The notes under the pieces are model-generated. The model was not told the DNA's origin and did not search any database. It saw only the letters and a list, made by a program, of their open reading frames with translations. From Candidatus Saccharimonadota bacterium (lineage in GTDB: Bacteria > Patescibacteriota > Saccharimonadia > Saccharimonadales > JACDBH01), in contig JAQGGW010000001.1 in the NCBI GenBank assembly GCA_028289135.1, positions 76,018-140,017 of the forward strand: a stretch of DNA of 64,000 nucleotides. The letters run 5' to 3'. The position numbers and the translations under genes are program-made. Positions 10,183 through 20,011 of the stretch are shown here, one piece after another. Position 1 is the first letter of the stretch. Each line of letters begins with the position of its first letter.

Positions 10183-11006
10183 TGAATGTTGAGGAATATT
10201 TAAAAAACGCTATAAATGCCTTGGCATACAAAGAAGTGCCGACGGCCCGGCTGGACGTTTTGGTTTTGCTTGAGGATGTTTTGAGTAAGGACCGCGGATG
10301 GCTTTTGGCCCACCTGGATCTGCCGCTGGACGAGCCGACTATTAAGAAACTGAATGAGCTGATAAAGCGCCGGGCTGGGCATGAGCCACTAGCTTATATT
10401 CGTGGCCACAGCGAGTTTTATGGGCGGGAGTTTTTGGTAACGGCGGACACTTTGCAGCCGCGGGCTGAAACAGAGATTATGATTGACCTGTTAAAAAGTC
10501 TTAAGATTAAGAATCCCATTATCGCCGACATTGGTACCGGGTCTGGGTGTTTGGCTATTACCACCGCGCTGGAGCTGCCCGATTCTGAGGTGTACGCTAC
10601 GGAAATTAACGCCGCAGCATTGGCGGTGGCACGTAAAAATGCTAAGAAGCTTAAGGCCGGCGTGACGTTTTATAAGGGTAATTTATTAGAGCCAGTTTTG
10701 AGCGCGGATGTGCAGCCCACTGTCCTGCTGGCTAACCTGCCTTATGTGCCGGACGATTATGAAATTAACCAAGCGGCTGGCCATGAACCTAAAATTGCAC
10801 TGTTTGGGGGCAAAGATGGGCTGGACCTTTACAGAGAGCTTTTTGCCTTAATTGACGATTCTGCCAAAATTGCAACAAAGTTGCAATTTCTATTAACGGA
10901 GTCGCTGCCCTTCCAGCACGCAGAACTTGCCAAAATAGCCAAAAAACACGGTTTTAAACAAAACGTTGAACAAGACTTTATCCAAGTTTTTGAACGCATT
11001 ATTTGA
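10182..11006 (+). CDS. prmC: Release factor glutamine methyltransferase
   Basis: EPLAYI, PRAETE, DIGTGSG, ANLPY; coupled to prfA. Confidence 0.93.
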   Translation: MNVEEYLKNAINALAYKEVPTARLDVLVLLEDVLSKDRGWLLAHLDLPLDEPTIKKLNELIKRRAGHEPLAYIRGHSEFYGREFLVTADTLQPRAETEIMIDLLKSLKIKNPIIADIGTGSGCLAITTALELPDSEVYATEINAAALAVARKNAKKLKAGVTFYKGNLLEPVLSADVQPTVLLANLPYVPDDYEINQAAGHEPKIALFGGKDGLDLYRELFALIDDSAKIATKLQFLLTESLPFQHAELAKIAKKHGFKQNVEQDFIQVFERII

Positions 11007-11015
11007 GATAAGTTT

Positions 11016-11744
11016 TTATTTTTGGAGTAATAATCCAGGAACATTTATTAGGTCTGTAAATATTGCCATGGCAGTATTACTTGCATCATCGAGACTATTA
11101 GTTCCAAGAAAAATGGTATTTGGGCGAAGGCTTCCGTCTTGATCGCCGGTTGTTAGGAGATCTATATGGTTGTTGGTTGGAATATAGGTTATGTCCCAGC
11201 TATCTACGCCTGAGGCTGAGCCAAAGTGCTTAAAGTTGACTGCTCTGTCTGTTGGCAAGTTTAGGGCCTGGCCTTTAATGCTTGTAACAGCGTGCTCCGC
11301 AAAAACTACGCTTGTTATAGATAGACCACCTGTGAGTGATGGGTATTCTGAAACCGTTGCATCTACCTGCGTAAGCTGGCCGTCTTTGACAAACCATTTA
11401 ATTATAGTTGTACCTATACTTCCATCGCTATTATTGTCATCGATAAAAACTTCGGCATCTGTGGCTTCTGGATCGGCATATGCTTTAATGAGCGATGCTT
11501 TTTCTGACACAAATTTGGCTGTTTCTGTATTTAATGCTGCACGTGTTGCTTCTGGTAATGTAGTTGGTGGTTTAATTTCGGGAAAGATGGGCAGTGTGCT
11601 GGCAAGTGCAACTGTTTCTGTTGGGGCAGAATTTTTAGTTTTTGCTTCGCTGCAGCTTATTAGACTAAGGGCTGCGATGGTGCTGGCAGCGATGCGGCGA
11701 CTGAGGTGGTTTGGGCGTGAAGAAGAACTGTTTGGTGATTTCAT
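11016..11744 (-). CDS. Hypothetical secreted or lipoprotein
   Basis: Basic N-region, hydrophobic stretch ending LISC, then a P/T-rich linker. Confidence 0.6.
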   Translation of the reverse strand: MKSPNSSSSRPNHLSRRIAASTIAALSLISCSEAKTKNSAPTETVALASTLPIFPEIKPPTTLPEATRAALNTETAKFVSEKASLIKAYADPEATDAEVFIDDNNSDGSIGTTIIKWFVKDGQLTQVDATVSEYPSLTGGLSITSVVFAEHAVTSIKGQALNLPTDRAVNFKHFGSASGVDSWDITYIPTNNHIDLLTTGDQDGSLRPNTIFLGTNSLDDASNTAMAIFTDLINVPGLLLQK

Positions 11745-11826
11745 ATCACTAAATTATACAATATAAGGGGTTACTATACAACTAATGCTTAGCAAGTTGT
11801 ATAATTTTATGTTATAATATATTTAG

Positions 11827-12399
11827 ATGATTAAATATAACGAAGCTAGGAATGGCATGGAGCCTTCTAATCCGGCCTTTTCTTACGAGCTGTCTCCAAA
11901 TGGGGCAGTATTTGAGCACCAGGATATTGGACGAGTTCCAGATTATGCTCTTGAGGGCGGCCATAACGTTTGGAAAGCAATCGTGACTAAGGTTCGTCGT
12001 GGCATGGAACCGGGCAGCCCATATCTATTTTCAATTGTTAGTGGACTTGCTAATACGCATACGCAACTTGCCACAGCCATTAAGTGGCCTACCCCTGAAC
12101 CATCACATATTTTAAGTGAGCTTAGTGTAGATAAAGTATGGTTACGGCTTGAGGCCGACGAAGTAAATTATAAGGTTACACAAAGTGCGGAGCTTGTCGC
12201 TCAAATTGCTTATAGTAAAGGATTGCCGAATTTAAACGCACTCAATATAGGAGCTTCGCTTATCCAGGCTGCGCGAAAACTCCCGCCTGCCTTTGGCCTG
12301 CCTTATGACAGCTTTAAAATTGATACAGTAGTTACGAGTAATTTGGAATCTGGTTTCTGGGATTTTTCGAACAGCACAAATTTTGCTACTTGGGGTTAA
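11827..12399 (+). CDS. Hypothetical protein
   Basis: 190 aa ORF with TGtTATAAT 8 nt upstream of the ATG. Confidence 0.55.
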   Translation: MIKYNEARNGMEPSNPAFSYELSPNGAVFEHQDIGRVPDYALEGGHNVWKAIVTKVRRGMEPGSPYLFSIVSGLANTHTQLATAIKWPTPEPSHILSELSVDKVWLRLEADEVNYKVTQSAELVAQIAYSKGLPNLNALNIGASLIQAARKLPPAFGLPYDSFKIDTVVTSNLESGFWDFSNSTNFATWG

Positions 12400-13673
12400 C
12401 CCTGAGGGGCGGCTTCGAGAGTGACGTCGATCTTTTGGTCTTTGCCGTCGCGGTTAACTGTTAGAGTCACTTTGGTGCCGACTGTGAAGCGGCCAAGGAG
12501 CGAGACTAAAGAGTTGTTTTCGTCGATTTTGGTACCGTTGATCTGGGTAATGACGTCTTTTTCCTGCAGGCCGGCTTTTTCGGCTGGGCTGCCTGGAAGG
12601 ATTGATGGGCCGGCCGTGTTGTTTGGAGCAATATAGGCGCCGCGCTTTACATCGAGGTTGTACTCATAGGCATAGTCGTCCGTGAGGGTGACGTAGCGGA
12701 TACCGAGGTATGGGCGTTCCAGCTTGCCGTCTTTTTCGACGCTGGCGATCAGGCCCTTAATGTCATTAACAGGGATAGAGAAGCCGATGTTTTGGGCGTC
12801 GGCGATGGCAACGTTGATGCCGATTACTTCCCCGTTGACGTTTACCAATGGCCCGCCGGAATTGCCGAGGTTAATGGCAGCGTCGGTTTGGAACAAGTTT
12901 TGCAGGGTTTCGGTGCTACTACTGCCGCTTTGGTCGCCGGCTTCAATGCTGCGGCCGTAGCCTGAGATGATGCCGCTAGTGACAGTGTTCTGGAATTGGC
13001 CGAGGGCATTGCCGATGGCTACGACTTTGTCGCCAACTTGGACTTTGGACGAGTCGCCAACAACAGCCGGCGTTAGAGTTTTGCCTTTGAGGTCTTTGAT
13101 CTGGAGGAAGGCGATGTCGAACGGGTCGCTTTCGGCTGTACGGCCAACAACTGTGACGTTGTCCAGCTTGGTGCCGTCAGAAAGTGTGACAGAGACAGTG
13201 GTTGTGCCGGCTGGAACCACGTGGCGGTTGGTGATGATTAGGCCGTCCTTGGTCAAAATTACCCCTGTCCCGGCTCCTTCTTCGGTTTGCGGCTGGGAGA
13301 TGCCGAAAATGTTTTGAGTGGTGGTTTGGGAGCTAACATCCACCGACACCACACTGGCGCCGACGTTTTTGGCGATGCTGTTCACTAGCTGGCTTTCGTT
13401 GGAGATAATCTGCTGTTTGGCCTGGGCACTGTTGGCATCATAGCCGTTATTGCGGGCGCCAACGTAGCCGCCGCCAAAACCAGCTGCGACTGCGACAATT
13501 AGCATAAGAATGGTGGTTGCTAGGCTGGATTTTCTTTCGACAGACATGGGCTGGCGTGGTTTAGTGGAGCTTGAGCTCATTGTTGGCGCAAAAGCGCTGA
13601 TTGGCGGCAGCTCGTTGCCAGCAGGCTTAGTTTTTGATGATTTTTTTGGTGGTGATTTAAAAGGATTAAGCAT
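12396..13673 (-). CDS. htrA: HtrA/DegP-family serine protease with one PDZ domain
   Basis: N-terminal TM, TNRHVV, DIAFL, QTDAAINLGNSGGPL, PDZ. Confidence 0.93.
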   Translation of the reverse strand: MLNPFKSPPKKSSKTKPAGNELPPISAFAPTMSSSSTKPRQPMSVERKSSLATTILMLIVAVAAGFGGGYVGARNNGYDANSAQAKQQIISNESQLVNSIAKNVGASVVSVDVSSQTTTQNIFGISQPQTEEGAGTGVILTKDGLIITNRHVVPAGTTTVSVTLSDGTKLDNVTVVGRTAESDPFDIAFLQIKDLKGKTLTPAVVGDSSKVQVGDKVVAIGNALGQFQNTVTSGIISGYGRSIEAGDQSGSSSTETLQNLFQTDAAINLGNSGGPLVNVNGEVIGINVAIADAQNIGFSIPVNDIKGLIASVEKDGKLERPYLGIRYVTLTDDYAYEYNLDVKRGAYIAPNNTAGPSILPGSPAEKAGLQEKDVITQINGTKIDENNSLVSLLGRFTVGTKVTLTVNRDGKDQKIDVTLEAAPQG

Positions 13674-13726
13674 ATGTATTTATTATAGCAAGCAACCTGA
13701 GACTCAGCTTAGAAAACCCCACAAAG

Positions 13727-14245
13727 CTACAAGGAAATGATGGGGACTTCTGAGATATACAGGCGGCTCATGTATACAACGTGCGGGATAAACTGATAAT
13801 TAAATGGCAACTCACCTGTGCCGACAAGGCTTTTATAATAGTCAATTGTTGCTTGTGGAATGTCCTCTAGCTCAGACGGATCAACATCTTTAAGCCACTT
13901 GACCGTCACATTTTCTTCGCCCGGCGCTATCTTAAAGAAGACTACTGCTTTGCTTGGATCCAGCAAGCTGGTGTCTACTTCGAAGAATTTGTACGGCGGG
14001 ACTTCGGGGATCAGCCCCATTTCGACCTGGAGTTCAAAAACTTTTTTAGGATGCATTGGCAAAAACTGGATAACATCGTTCCAAAGGCAGTTGAGTAGCG
14101 GGATTTTACGCTCCAAGATTTCTTCGCGACCCTCGTATTTTGAGAGATGCAGCGCGTAGAGTTCGGGATAAATATCCTTCATCTCGTTGAGCGGCATAAG
14201 TTCGTTACCCATCATTGGGTCTGGCGCACCATGGTAAAGCTTCAT
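13727..14245 (-). CDS. Hypothetical protein
   Basis: Likely start MKLYHGAP at 14245, right after the upstream stop; PLLNCLWNDVIQFLPMHP core. Confidence 0.6.
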   Translation of the reverse strand: MKLYHGAPDPMMGNELMPLNEMKDIYPELYALHLSKYEGREEILERKIPLLNCLWNDVIQFLPMHPKKVFELQVEMGLIPEVPPYKFFEVDTSLLDPSKAVVFFKIAPGEENVTVKWLKDVDPSELEDIPQATIDYYKSLVGTGELPFNYQFIPHVVYMSRLYISEVPIISL

Positions 14246-14246
14246 A

Positions 14247-14996
14247 TTAAACAGCTTTATCGCCCCAAGAGGAAAAGAGGAGGACAACGATGATAACGGC
14301 TGACATTACGAGCAGGATTTCGCGGCGGACAAACACCGAAAGCCGATCGTTGGTCTCAAGATAATACAGCGTTGCGATACCAACCCCAAGCACCGACAGG
14401 ATTAGCATTGGTTGCGAGATAAAGGCATAATACAGCAGCCAGTGCCCAAGCACCCAGGTGAGCGCGGCACCAAAGTAGCCCCAAGCGTGGGAGATCATTG
14501 AGCTGAGCGGTTCGTCAAAACTGCTTAAGAAGTGGCGGGCTGCCAGGTAGCAAACGGCCCAGGTTGCAACAACAAGAACCAAGAGCGACGACCTCCCCCA
14601 TAGCGCATAGATTGAGGCAAGACCTAGAATCTGCCCGGCACCAGCCTGTATGGCGTTCCAGAAGGTCGATGAACGCGGTTTGATAAGCGTAAGCCATATG
14701 CCGTAACAAATAGCCCAAACAAGCTGCCAGGACTGCTGTGACGGCGCACCGGCTATAAAGCTGACAAACGACAGGCCAACAATAATATCGATGGCATTTG
14801 CCCGGATGTTTGCCGGCCAGTGCCGCGGCCGGACTGCCAGCATGCGCCACTTGGAAGCCAAGATGACGGCATATGCCAGCGGTACAAAAGACAACCGTAC
14901 CAAAATAAACACAATCAATGGCAAAACTGCTACCAGCAGAACGTGAACGATAGCACTAAAGCCACCAGCCGGCTTTAATTTGTCGAGCCTATTCAT
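14247..14996 (-). CDS. Multi-pass membrane protein of unknown function
   Basis: About 8 TM segments; SKWRMLAVRPRHWPANIRAN motif. Confidence 0.75.
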   Translation of the reverse strand: MNRLDKLKPAGGFSAIVHVLLVAVLPLIVFILVRLSFVPLAYAVILASKWRMLAVRPRHWPANIRANAIDIIVGLSFVSFIAGAPSQQSWQLVWAICYGIWLTLIKPRSSTFWNAIQAGAGQILGLASIYALWGRSSLLVLVVATWAVCYLAARHFLSSFDEPLSSMISHAWGYFGAALTWVLGHWLLYYAFISQPMLILSVLGVGIATLYYLETNDRLSVFVRREILLVMSAVIIVVLLFSSWGDKAV

Positions 14997-15040
14997 TGAA
15001 ACTTACCGTTTTAACAAAACTCAAGTGAGATCCTTTTTGC

Positions 15041-16795
15041 TTAGTTACTCGCACCGGACTCGTTACTGCCTAGTATTATAACAAAGTCAGCAGTTCCTGG
15101 CACGATCGACGGATCTGGCAGCGTTGTCGTAGCCGTTACGCCGAGCCGTTTCTCGAGGTAGTTCTTAGTATATTTCTTAACGCCTTTGGTCATATCTACC
15201 AAAACAGTCTTGGTGTAGGCCTTGGTTGGAGCGTCGGCAACCTGGGTAACGTTGTAGCCGTAGGACTTAAGCTCTGTGCTCTTGAGCGTAGCCAGGCCCG
15301 GTGTGTTGGTTCCATTTAGGATCACAATGTTGGCGTTTTCACTCTTTAGGAAGGAGTCGCGCAGTGTGTTACGGACATATGACTGGATGGCGGTGTAGAC
15401 AAATGTGCCTTCGCGCGGGATAACTACTGATTGGCCGTCGATGTTGTCGGTGGTTACGAAGTTGTTAGGCGGATCTGCCAGGCCAATTGAAGCAATCTTG
15501 GCAGATGGAACATCTTTTACAATGTCATAAACACGCTTGAGCTCGTTGGTTGTAAAGTCGGTCGAGACATGGTCACCAATGGCATCGATCAGCTGGTTGA
15601 CTTTAAGCGGGTTAGCGAATGTGCCCAGGCTTAAAACCTTGTCTTTTAGAGCCACAATCACTTCGCGCTGGCGTTCGGTACGGTCAAAGTCGCCGCGCAG
15701 TGAACCGTGGCGGGACTGGGCGTAAAGCAGCGCGTGCTTGCCATCAAAATGGTCTTGGCCAACTGCCGCGATTAGCGGATTATTGTTATTGTCAGCCTGG
15801 ATAAAGGTGTCGTAGACCTCTGTTTTTACATTTATATCAATCCCATGTACTGCATTGATTGCCTGGGCAAAGCCTTGGAAGTCCACCATGCCGTAATAAT
15901 TAATTGGGATGCCGAGAACTGAGGTAACTGCGCTTTCAATCGCTTTAACACCGGCTTTTTCGGCTGCGGCCTTAACGGCGTCGGTTTGCTGTTTGGTGGT
16001 GTAGTTATTGAGTACGGCGTATTTGGCATTGGCATAAATGGCATTAATTTTGGACGCTCCGCCAGATGGCGTTTTTACCCACAAGTCACGCGGAAGGCTC
16101 ACCAATGCGACTTCTTTGGCGATGGGGTCGATGCTGGCAATAATAATCGTGTCAGTAAGGTCTGGGCCGTCATGGCCGGTTCCGCCTTTGCCAAGCATTA
16201 AAATGTTGACACGGCCGTCTCCTTCGCCCTTAAGCAGCGTTGGATCGACGTTTTTGTTTAGCGCGGCGGCGCCGTTGCTGCCGCCCTTTAGAATACCGTG
16301 GGTTGTAAGATAGATCTTTAGCGCTAATACGCCGCCCGTAAGCAAGATGACTGCTGCTAGCACTCCAGCCACGCGCAAGCCGATCTTTAGCTTATTACGC
16401 TTAGAAGGCTTTTTTGGTTCTTTTTGTTTGCGTCTAAAATGCATAAATCCCCGCCGTTTTTTTGGCATATTTTTCTTGGCTTCTTGTTGGGCGCGGCGTT
16501 CACGGCGGCTGGCTGCATGTGAGGCATAAATTTCACCTATTTCGGCTGGGTTTTCGGCGGCTGGATTCATAATTGGCGCTTGGGTTGCGGCCGAAAAACC
16601 TTCGGCCTGTTTAAAATCGTCGATACGGCTTATGCGCAGCGAATCGGTGTCCACGGCCGCGGCACCTTTACTACCCTGATAGTAAGTATTGAACGACTGC
16701 AGGTCACCTGGGCTTTTGCTACCATTTGTCTTTGGTTTAACAAAGCCGTCGATTGAACCTACGGTACGTTTTTTGTGATTTTTAAAATTATCCAT
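15041..16795 (-). CDS. LCP (LytR-CpsA-Psr) family protein with LytR C-terminal domain
   Basis: TM, NILMLG, LTDTII, SLPRDLWV, KINAIY, DFDRTERQR; C-terminal ILNGT..PGLA...DFVIILG. Likely start MDNFK at 16795. Confidence 0.9.
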   Translation of the reverse strand: MDNFKNHKKRTVGSIDGFVKPKTNGSKSPGDLQSFNTYYQGSKGAAAVDTDSLRISRIDDFKQAEGFSAATQAPIMNPAAENPAEIGEIYASHAASRRERRAQQEAKKNMPKKRRGFMHFRRKQKEPKKPSKRNKLKIGLRVAGVLAAVILLTGGVLALKIYLTTHGILKGGSNGAAALNKNVDPTLLKGEGDGRVNILMLGKGGTGHDGPDLTDTIIIASIDPIAKEVALVSLPRDLWVKTPSGGASKINAIYANAKYAVLNNYTTKQQTDAVKAAAEKAGVKAIESAVTSVLGIPINYYGMVDFQGFAQAINAVHGIDINVKTEVYDTFIQADNNNNPLIAAVGQDHFDGKHALLYAQSRHGSLRGDFDRTERQREVIVALKDKVLSLGTFANPLKVNQLIDAIGDHVSTDFTTNELKRVYDIVKDVPSAKIASIGLADPPNNFVTTDNIDGQSVVIPREGTFVYTAIQSYVRNTLRDSFLKSENANIVILNGTNTPGLATLKSTELKSYGYNVTQVADAPTKAYTKTVLVDMTKGVKKYTKNYLEKRLGVTATTTLPDPSIVPGTADFVIILGSNESGASN

Positions 16796-16973
16796 GAGAA
16801 GATTAACCTTCCTAGTATAGCGGGTTAAAGGATGAGCGTAAACCGTTATGGCGTTCAAGTTTTCCACGGTTTTTACAGTCTAGCAATAAACTGCTGAGAA
16901 GCGCCTTAGAATATTTTAATTCTGAATCTGGCGTGAATGATTTGGTATGGTATAGTTAGACACTGAATCTACT

Positions 16974-17705
16974 ATGAATGATATTATCGAACCCAAAGGT
17001 GTTACAAACAATAGCGGCGAACTGCCAGCGTCTCCGGCTGCTCCTGCGGCAGTACGTCCGGGTACGCTAGATAGCTCCTCCGCGCCTGCTAATGACTCTA
17101 AGGAGTCCAAGGATACTAAAGAGAAAAAGCAGTCTAAAACCCGCAGTGTACTTTCGACGATTGCAGTGCTATTAATTGCCCCGATCTTGGCCCTAACAAT
17201 TACGGCATATGTTTTCCAGTCATATGAAGTTGACGGACCGAGCATGCAGACAACGCTGCACGACCACGACCGGCTTATTATCTGGAAAGTTTCACGAACC
17301 TGGGCACGCCTAACGCACCACGACTATACACCCGCCCGCGGCGATGTGATTGTCTTTATTAAAAAAGGTCTTTATGAGGCCAACAGCACCAGAGAAAAGC
17401 AGCTTATTAAGCGGGTGATCGCGCTGCCAGGCGAGCGTGTGACGGTAAAAGACGGCAAGGTCACAGTCTACAACACCCAATATCCAAATGGCTTCAGCCC
17501 TGACAAAACCCAGCCCTACGGCACTGTCATCACCACCACCGATGGCAACCTTGACCTGACCGTCCCAGCCGGTGAAGTCTTTGTTTGCGGCGACAACAGG
17601 GCAAACTCACTTGATTCACGCTACTTTGGCCCAGTCCCATTGCACGACATCGTCGGCAAACTCGCCGTCCGCATTTTGCCAATCGGCGACGCCAAGAGCT
17701 TTTAG
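16974..17705 (+). CDS. lepB: Signal peptidase I
   Basis: GPSM, RGDVIVF, LIKRVIALPGE, GDNRANSLDSR. Confidence 0.95.
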   Translation: MNDIIEPKGVTNNSGELPASPAAPAAVRPGTLDSSSAPANDSKESKDTKEKKQSKTRSVLSTIAVLLIAPILALTITAYVFQSYEVDGPSMQTTLHDHDRLIIWKVSRTWARLTHHDYTPARGDVIVFIKKGLYEANSTREKQLIKRVIALPGERVTVKDGKVTVYNTQYPNGFSPDKTQPYGTVITTTDGNLDLTVPAGEVFVCGDNRANSLDSRYFGPVPLHDIVGKLAVRILPIGDAKSF

Positions 17706-17717
17706 TCTTAACTTTTT

Positions 17718-17927
17718 GCATTCATATTCTTTCTGAGCTCAAACGGGACCATTCCTTCTTGGTGCGCTTCTGTCAAACATACAACAGCCAAGGATGACTC
17801 CCTACGGTCGGCCATGAAGCTTTAAAGTTGAGTTCATGGCTAAATCCTTGGCGATAAGTTGTATCTTTGACGAAGCGCAGCCACGAACGAAGATCTTTAT
17901 GTTCGATCTCAGAAAGACCATGAATGC
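17718..17927. repeat. ~210-bp rod-like palindromic element or structured RNA (family B, copy 1)
   Basis: Nested inverted repeats: gcattcat/atgaatgc, tctttctgag/ctcagaaaga, gcgcttc/gaagcgc, gtcaaa/tttgac, atacaac/gttgtat, gccaaggat/atccttggc. Confidence 0.8.
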
Positions 17928-17943
17928 CTGGAGTGCGTTCGCG

Positions 17944-18127
17944 CAAATCAGTGTAAATAACGGCTGAACATAGCGGCATTTAACGGCTAAGCTTCGTCAA
18001 AGCGACAACAAAAACCAGCCGAAGCTGTTTGAGGCACGATCAGTGCCGAGTTCTGCAGGCTTGTTGTCGCTTTGACTAGAAGCTTACCGTAATGACGGTC
18101 GTTCAGCCGGTATTTATCACTGATTTG
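17944..18127. repeat. ~184-bp rod-like palindromic element or structured RNA (family B, copy 2)
   Basis: caaatcagtg/cactgatttg, cggctgaac/gttcagccg, taagcttc/gaagctta, gtcaaagcgacaacaa/ttgttgtcgctttgac. Confidence 0.8.
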
Positions 18128-18145
18128 AAAAAAAGCAACTTAATT

Positions 18146-19018
18146 CTATTTAAGAGTTTCGAGGAGGGCGATGAGTTTGTCTAGGTCTTCTTGGCTGGTA
18201 AAGCCAATTTCGAGCCGGCCGCCTTTGGCCATGTTTTTGATGCTGACTGGGCGGTTCCAGGATTTGCTTAAAGCTTCGGTTTTGGGGTTTGACGGAATCG
18301 TGCGCTTTTCGGCGGCTTTGGTATCTTCGGCGCCAGCTTTGGATGCTACCACGAACTGTTCGGCTTGACGGACCGACCAGCCGTTTTTTTGGATAAGCAG
18401 CAAAAGTTCGGTTTGGTTTTCGGGGGACTCTTTAAGTGCCAAAATTGAGCGGGCATGGCCTTCGGAAATTTTTTCGGTATTGAGTGCTTCTTGCGCGGCT
18501 GGAGATAATTGTAAGAGTCGCACAATATTGTTTACGGTCGATGGTGCCTTGCCAAGCCGCTTGGCAATATCGTCGTAGCTTTGGCTAAACATCTCATGCA
18601 AACGCTTTATCGACACCGCTGTTTCCAATGGTGATAAATCCACACGCTGGATGTTCTCTACCAGAGAGACTTCGAGCTGTTCCAGTTCTTTACTTGTTCG
18701 CACAATTGCTGGCACTTTTTGGATTCCGGCCAATTTTGCGGCGCGCCAACGGCGCTCACCAGCAATTAACAGATATGTATCTGGCGTTTTGCCCGGTGAA
18801 ACAATCAATGGCTGCAGTACACCGTACTGTTTTAATGAATCGGCCAGCTGTTCGAGCGCCAAATCGTCAAAAAAGCGCCGCGGCTGGTCTGGATTTGGGA
18901 AAATGGACGAAACGAATAACTTTTGTACTCGTTCGCTATCTGTTTCTAATAATGTTGTGTCCAGGTCGGTCGGCATGAGTACATCAAAGCCTCTACCGAG
19001 CGCAGATTTTTTAGCCAT
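18146..19018 (-). CDS. parB: Chromosome partitioning protein ParB
   Basis: LGRG, PNPDQPRR, GVLQP, IAGERRWRA, ENIQRVDL, HTH. Confidence 0.96.
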   Translation of the reverse strand: MAKKSALGRGFDVLMPTDLDTTLLETDSERVQKLFVSSIFPNPDQPRRFFDDLALEQLADSLKQYGVLQPLIVSPGKTPDTYLLIAGERRWRAAKLAGIQKVPAIVRTSKELEQLEVSLVENIQRVDLSPLETAVSIKRLHEMFSQSYDDIAKRLGKAPSTVNNIVRLLQLSPAAQEALNTEKISEGHARSILALKESPENQTELLLLIQKNGWSVRQAEQFVVASKAGAEDTKAAEKRTIPSNPKTEALSKSWNRPVSIKNMAKGGRLEIGFTSQEDLDKLIALLETLK

Positions 19019-19020
19019 GG

Positions 19021-19788
19021 TTAGTTTGCTCCTTCAAGCCTGGTTAGAAATTCTTTGCTTAATTGTTTGTAGGCCCGGGCGCCCTTAGACCATTTGTCAT
19101 GCTCGGAAATGGGCTGGCCAAAACTCGGGGCTTCGGCCAAACGGACATTGCGCGGGATAACTGTGCTAAAGACCTTATCGGCAAAATGCTTTTTGACTTC
19201 GGCCATAACCTGATCACTCAGACTTGTCCGGCTGTCGAACATTGTCAACAGAACCCCCAATATTTCGAGCTTTGGATTAATTGCTTCTTTGACGCGTTGG
19301 ACAACACTAAGTAATTGGCCCAAACCCTCGAGCGCGTAATATTCGGTTTGGACTGGGATCATAACAAAGTCAGATGCGCTTAAGGCGTTGATGGTCAAAA
19401 GCCCTAAACTTGGCGGACAATCTATGAGGATAATGTCATGATTAAACTGTTCTAACATCGTGCGAAGCTGGAGTTCACGCTGAAGCGAACTAACCAGCTG
19501 GACTTCTGCGCCGGCTAAATTAGCATTGCTCGGGAGTATTTGTAGACCTTCAATATTGGTATCCATGAGTATGTTCGGAGCAGCCGCGTGGTTAAACAGC
19601 GCGTCGTACAATGTTTCGTTTAGAGACTGTTTGTCTATCCCGAGCCCAGAGGTGGCGTTGCCTTGGGGGTCAAGATCGACTAGCAAAACCGACTTCCCTG
19701 CTTTTGCCAAGTAGGCACCAAGATTAACAGCGGTGGTTGTTTTGCCCACGCCGCCCTTTTGGTTAAGAATCGCAACTGTCCTGCTCAC
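19021..19788 (-). CDS. parA: ParA/Soj ATPase
   Basis: NQKGGVGKTT, DLDPQGNAT, DCPPSLG, IPRNVRLAEAPS. Confidence 0.96.
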   Translation of the reverse strand: MSRTVAILNQKGGVGKTTTAVNLGAYLAKAGKSVLLVDLDPQGNATSGLGIDKQSLNETLYDALFNHAAAPNILMDTNIEGLQILPSNANLAGAEVQLVSSLQRELQLRTMLEQFNHDIILIDCPPSLGLLTINALSASDFVMIPVQTEYYALEGLGQLLSVVQRVKEAINPKLEILGVLLTMFDSRTSLSDQVMAEVKKHFADKVFSTVIPRNVRLAEAPSFGQPISEHDKWSKGARAYKQLSKEFLTRLEGAN

Positions 19789-20011
19789 CTATTTACCCCT
19801 TATATCTACCCCTTAGGTTACCATAAAAACACTTACATTTCACGGACTTTTCACGCATCCCCCACAAAGCAGGCTTTGCGGGGACCCCTGATGGAAGATA
19901 GGCATATGCTAATGCTATTTGAGCGAGTTACAGTCTATTATAACCCGATAGTTAACTAGCCGTATAATACTAGCATTCCACTATTACACTTAACACCCCT
20001 GTTTTCCCCGC

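Noticed and set aside
17530..17979. ORFs 17530-17721 and 17773-17979
   Set aside because: They overlap lepB or the long palindromes and have no protein features; the region is better explained as structured nucleic acid.
19789..20011. parS site or tRNA upstream of parA
   Set aside because: No TGTTTCACGTGAAACA-like palindrome or cloverleaf; only a short GC hairpin (~19858-19885) of unclear role.
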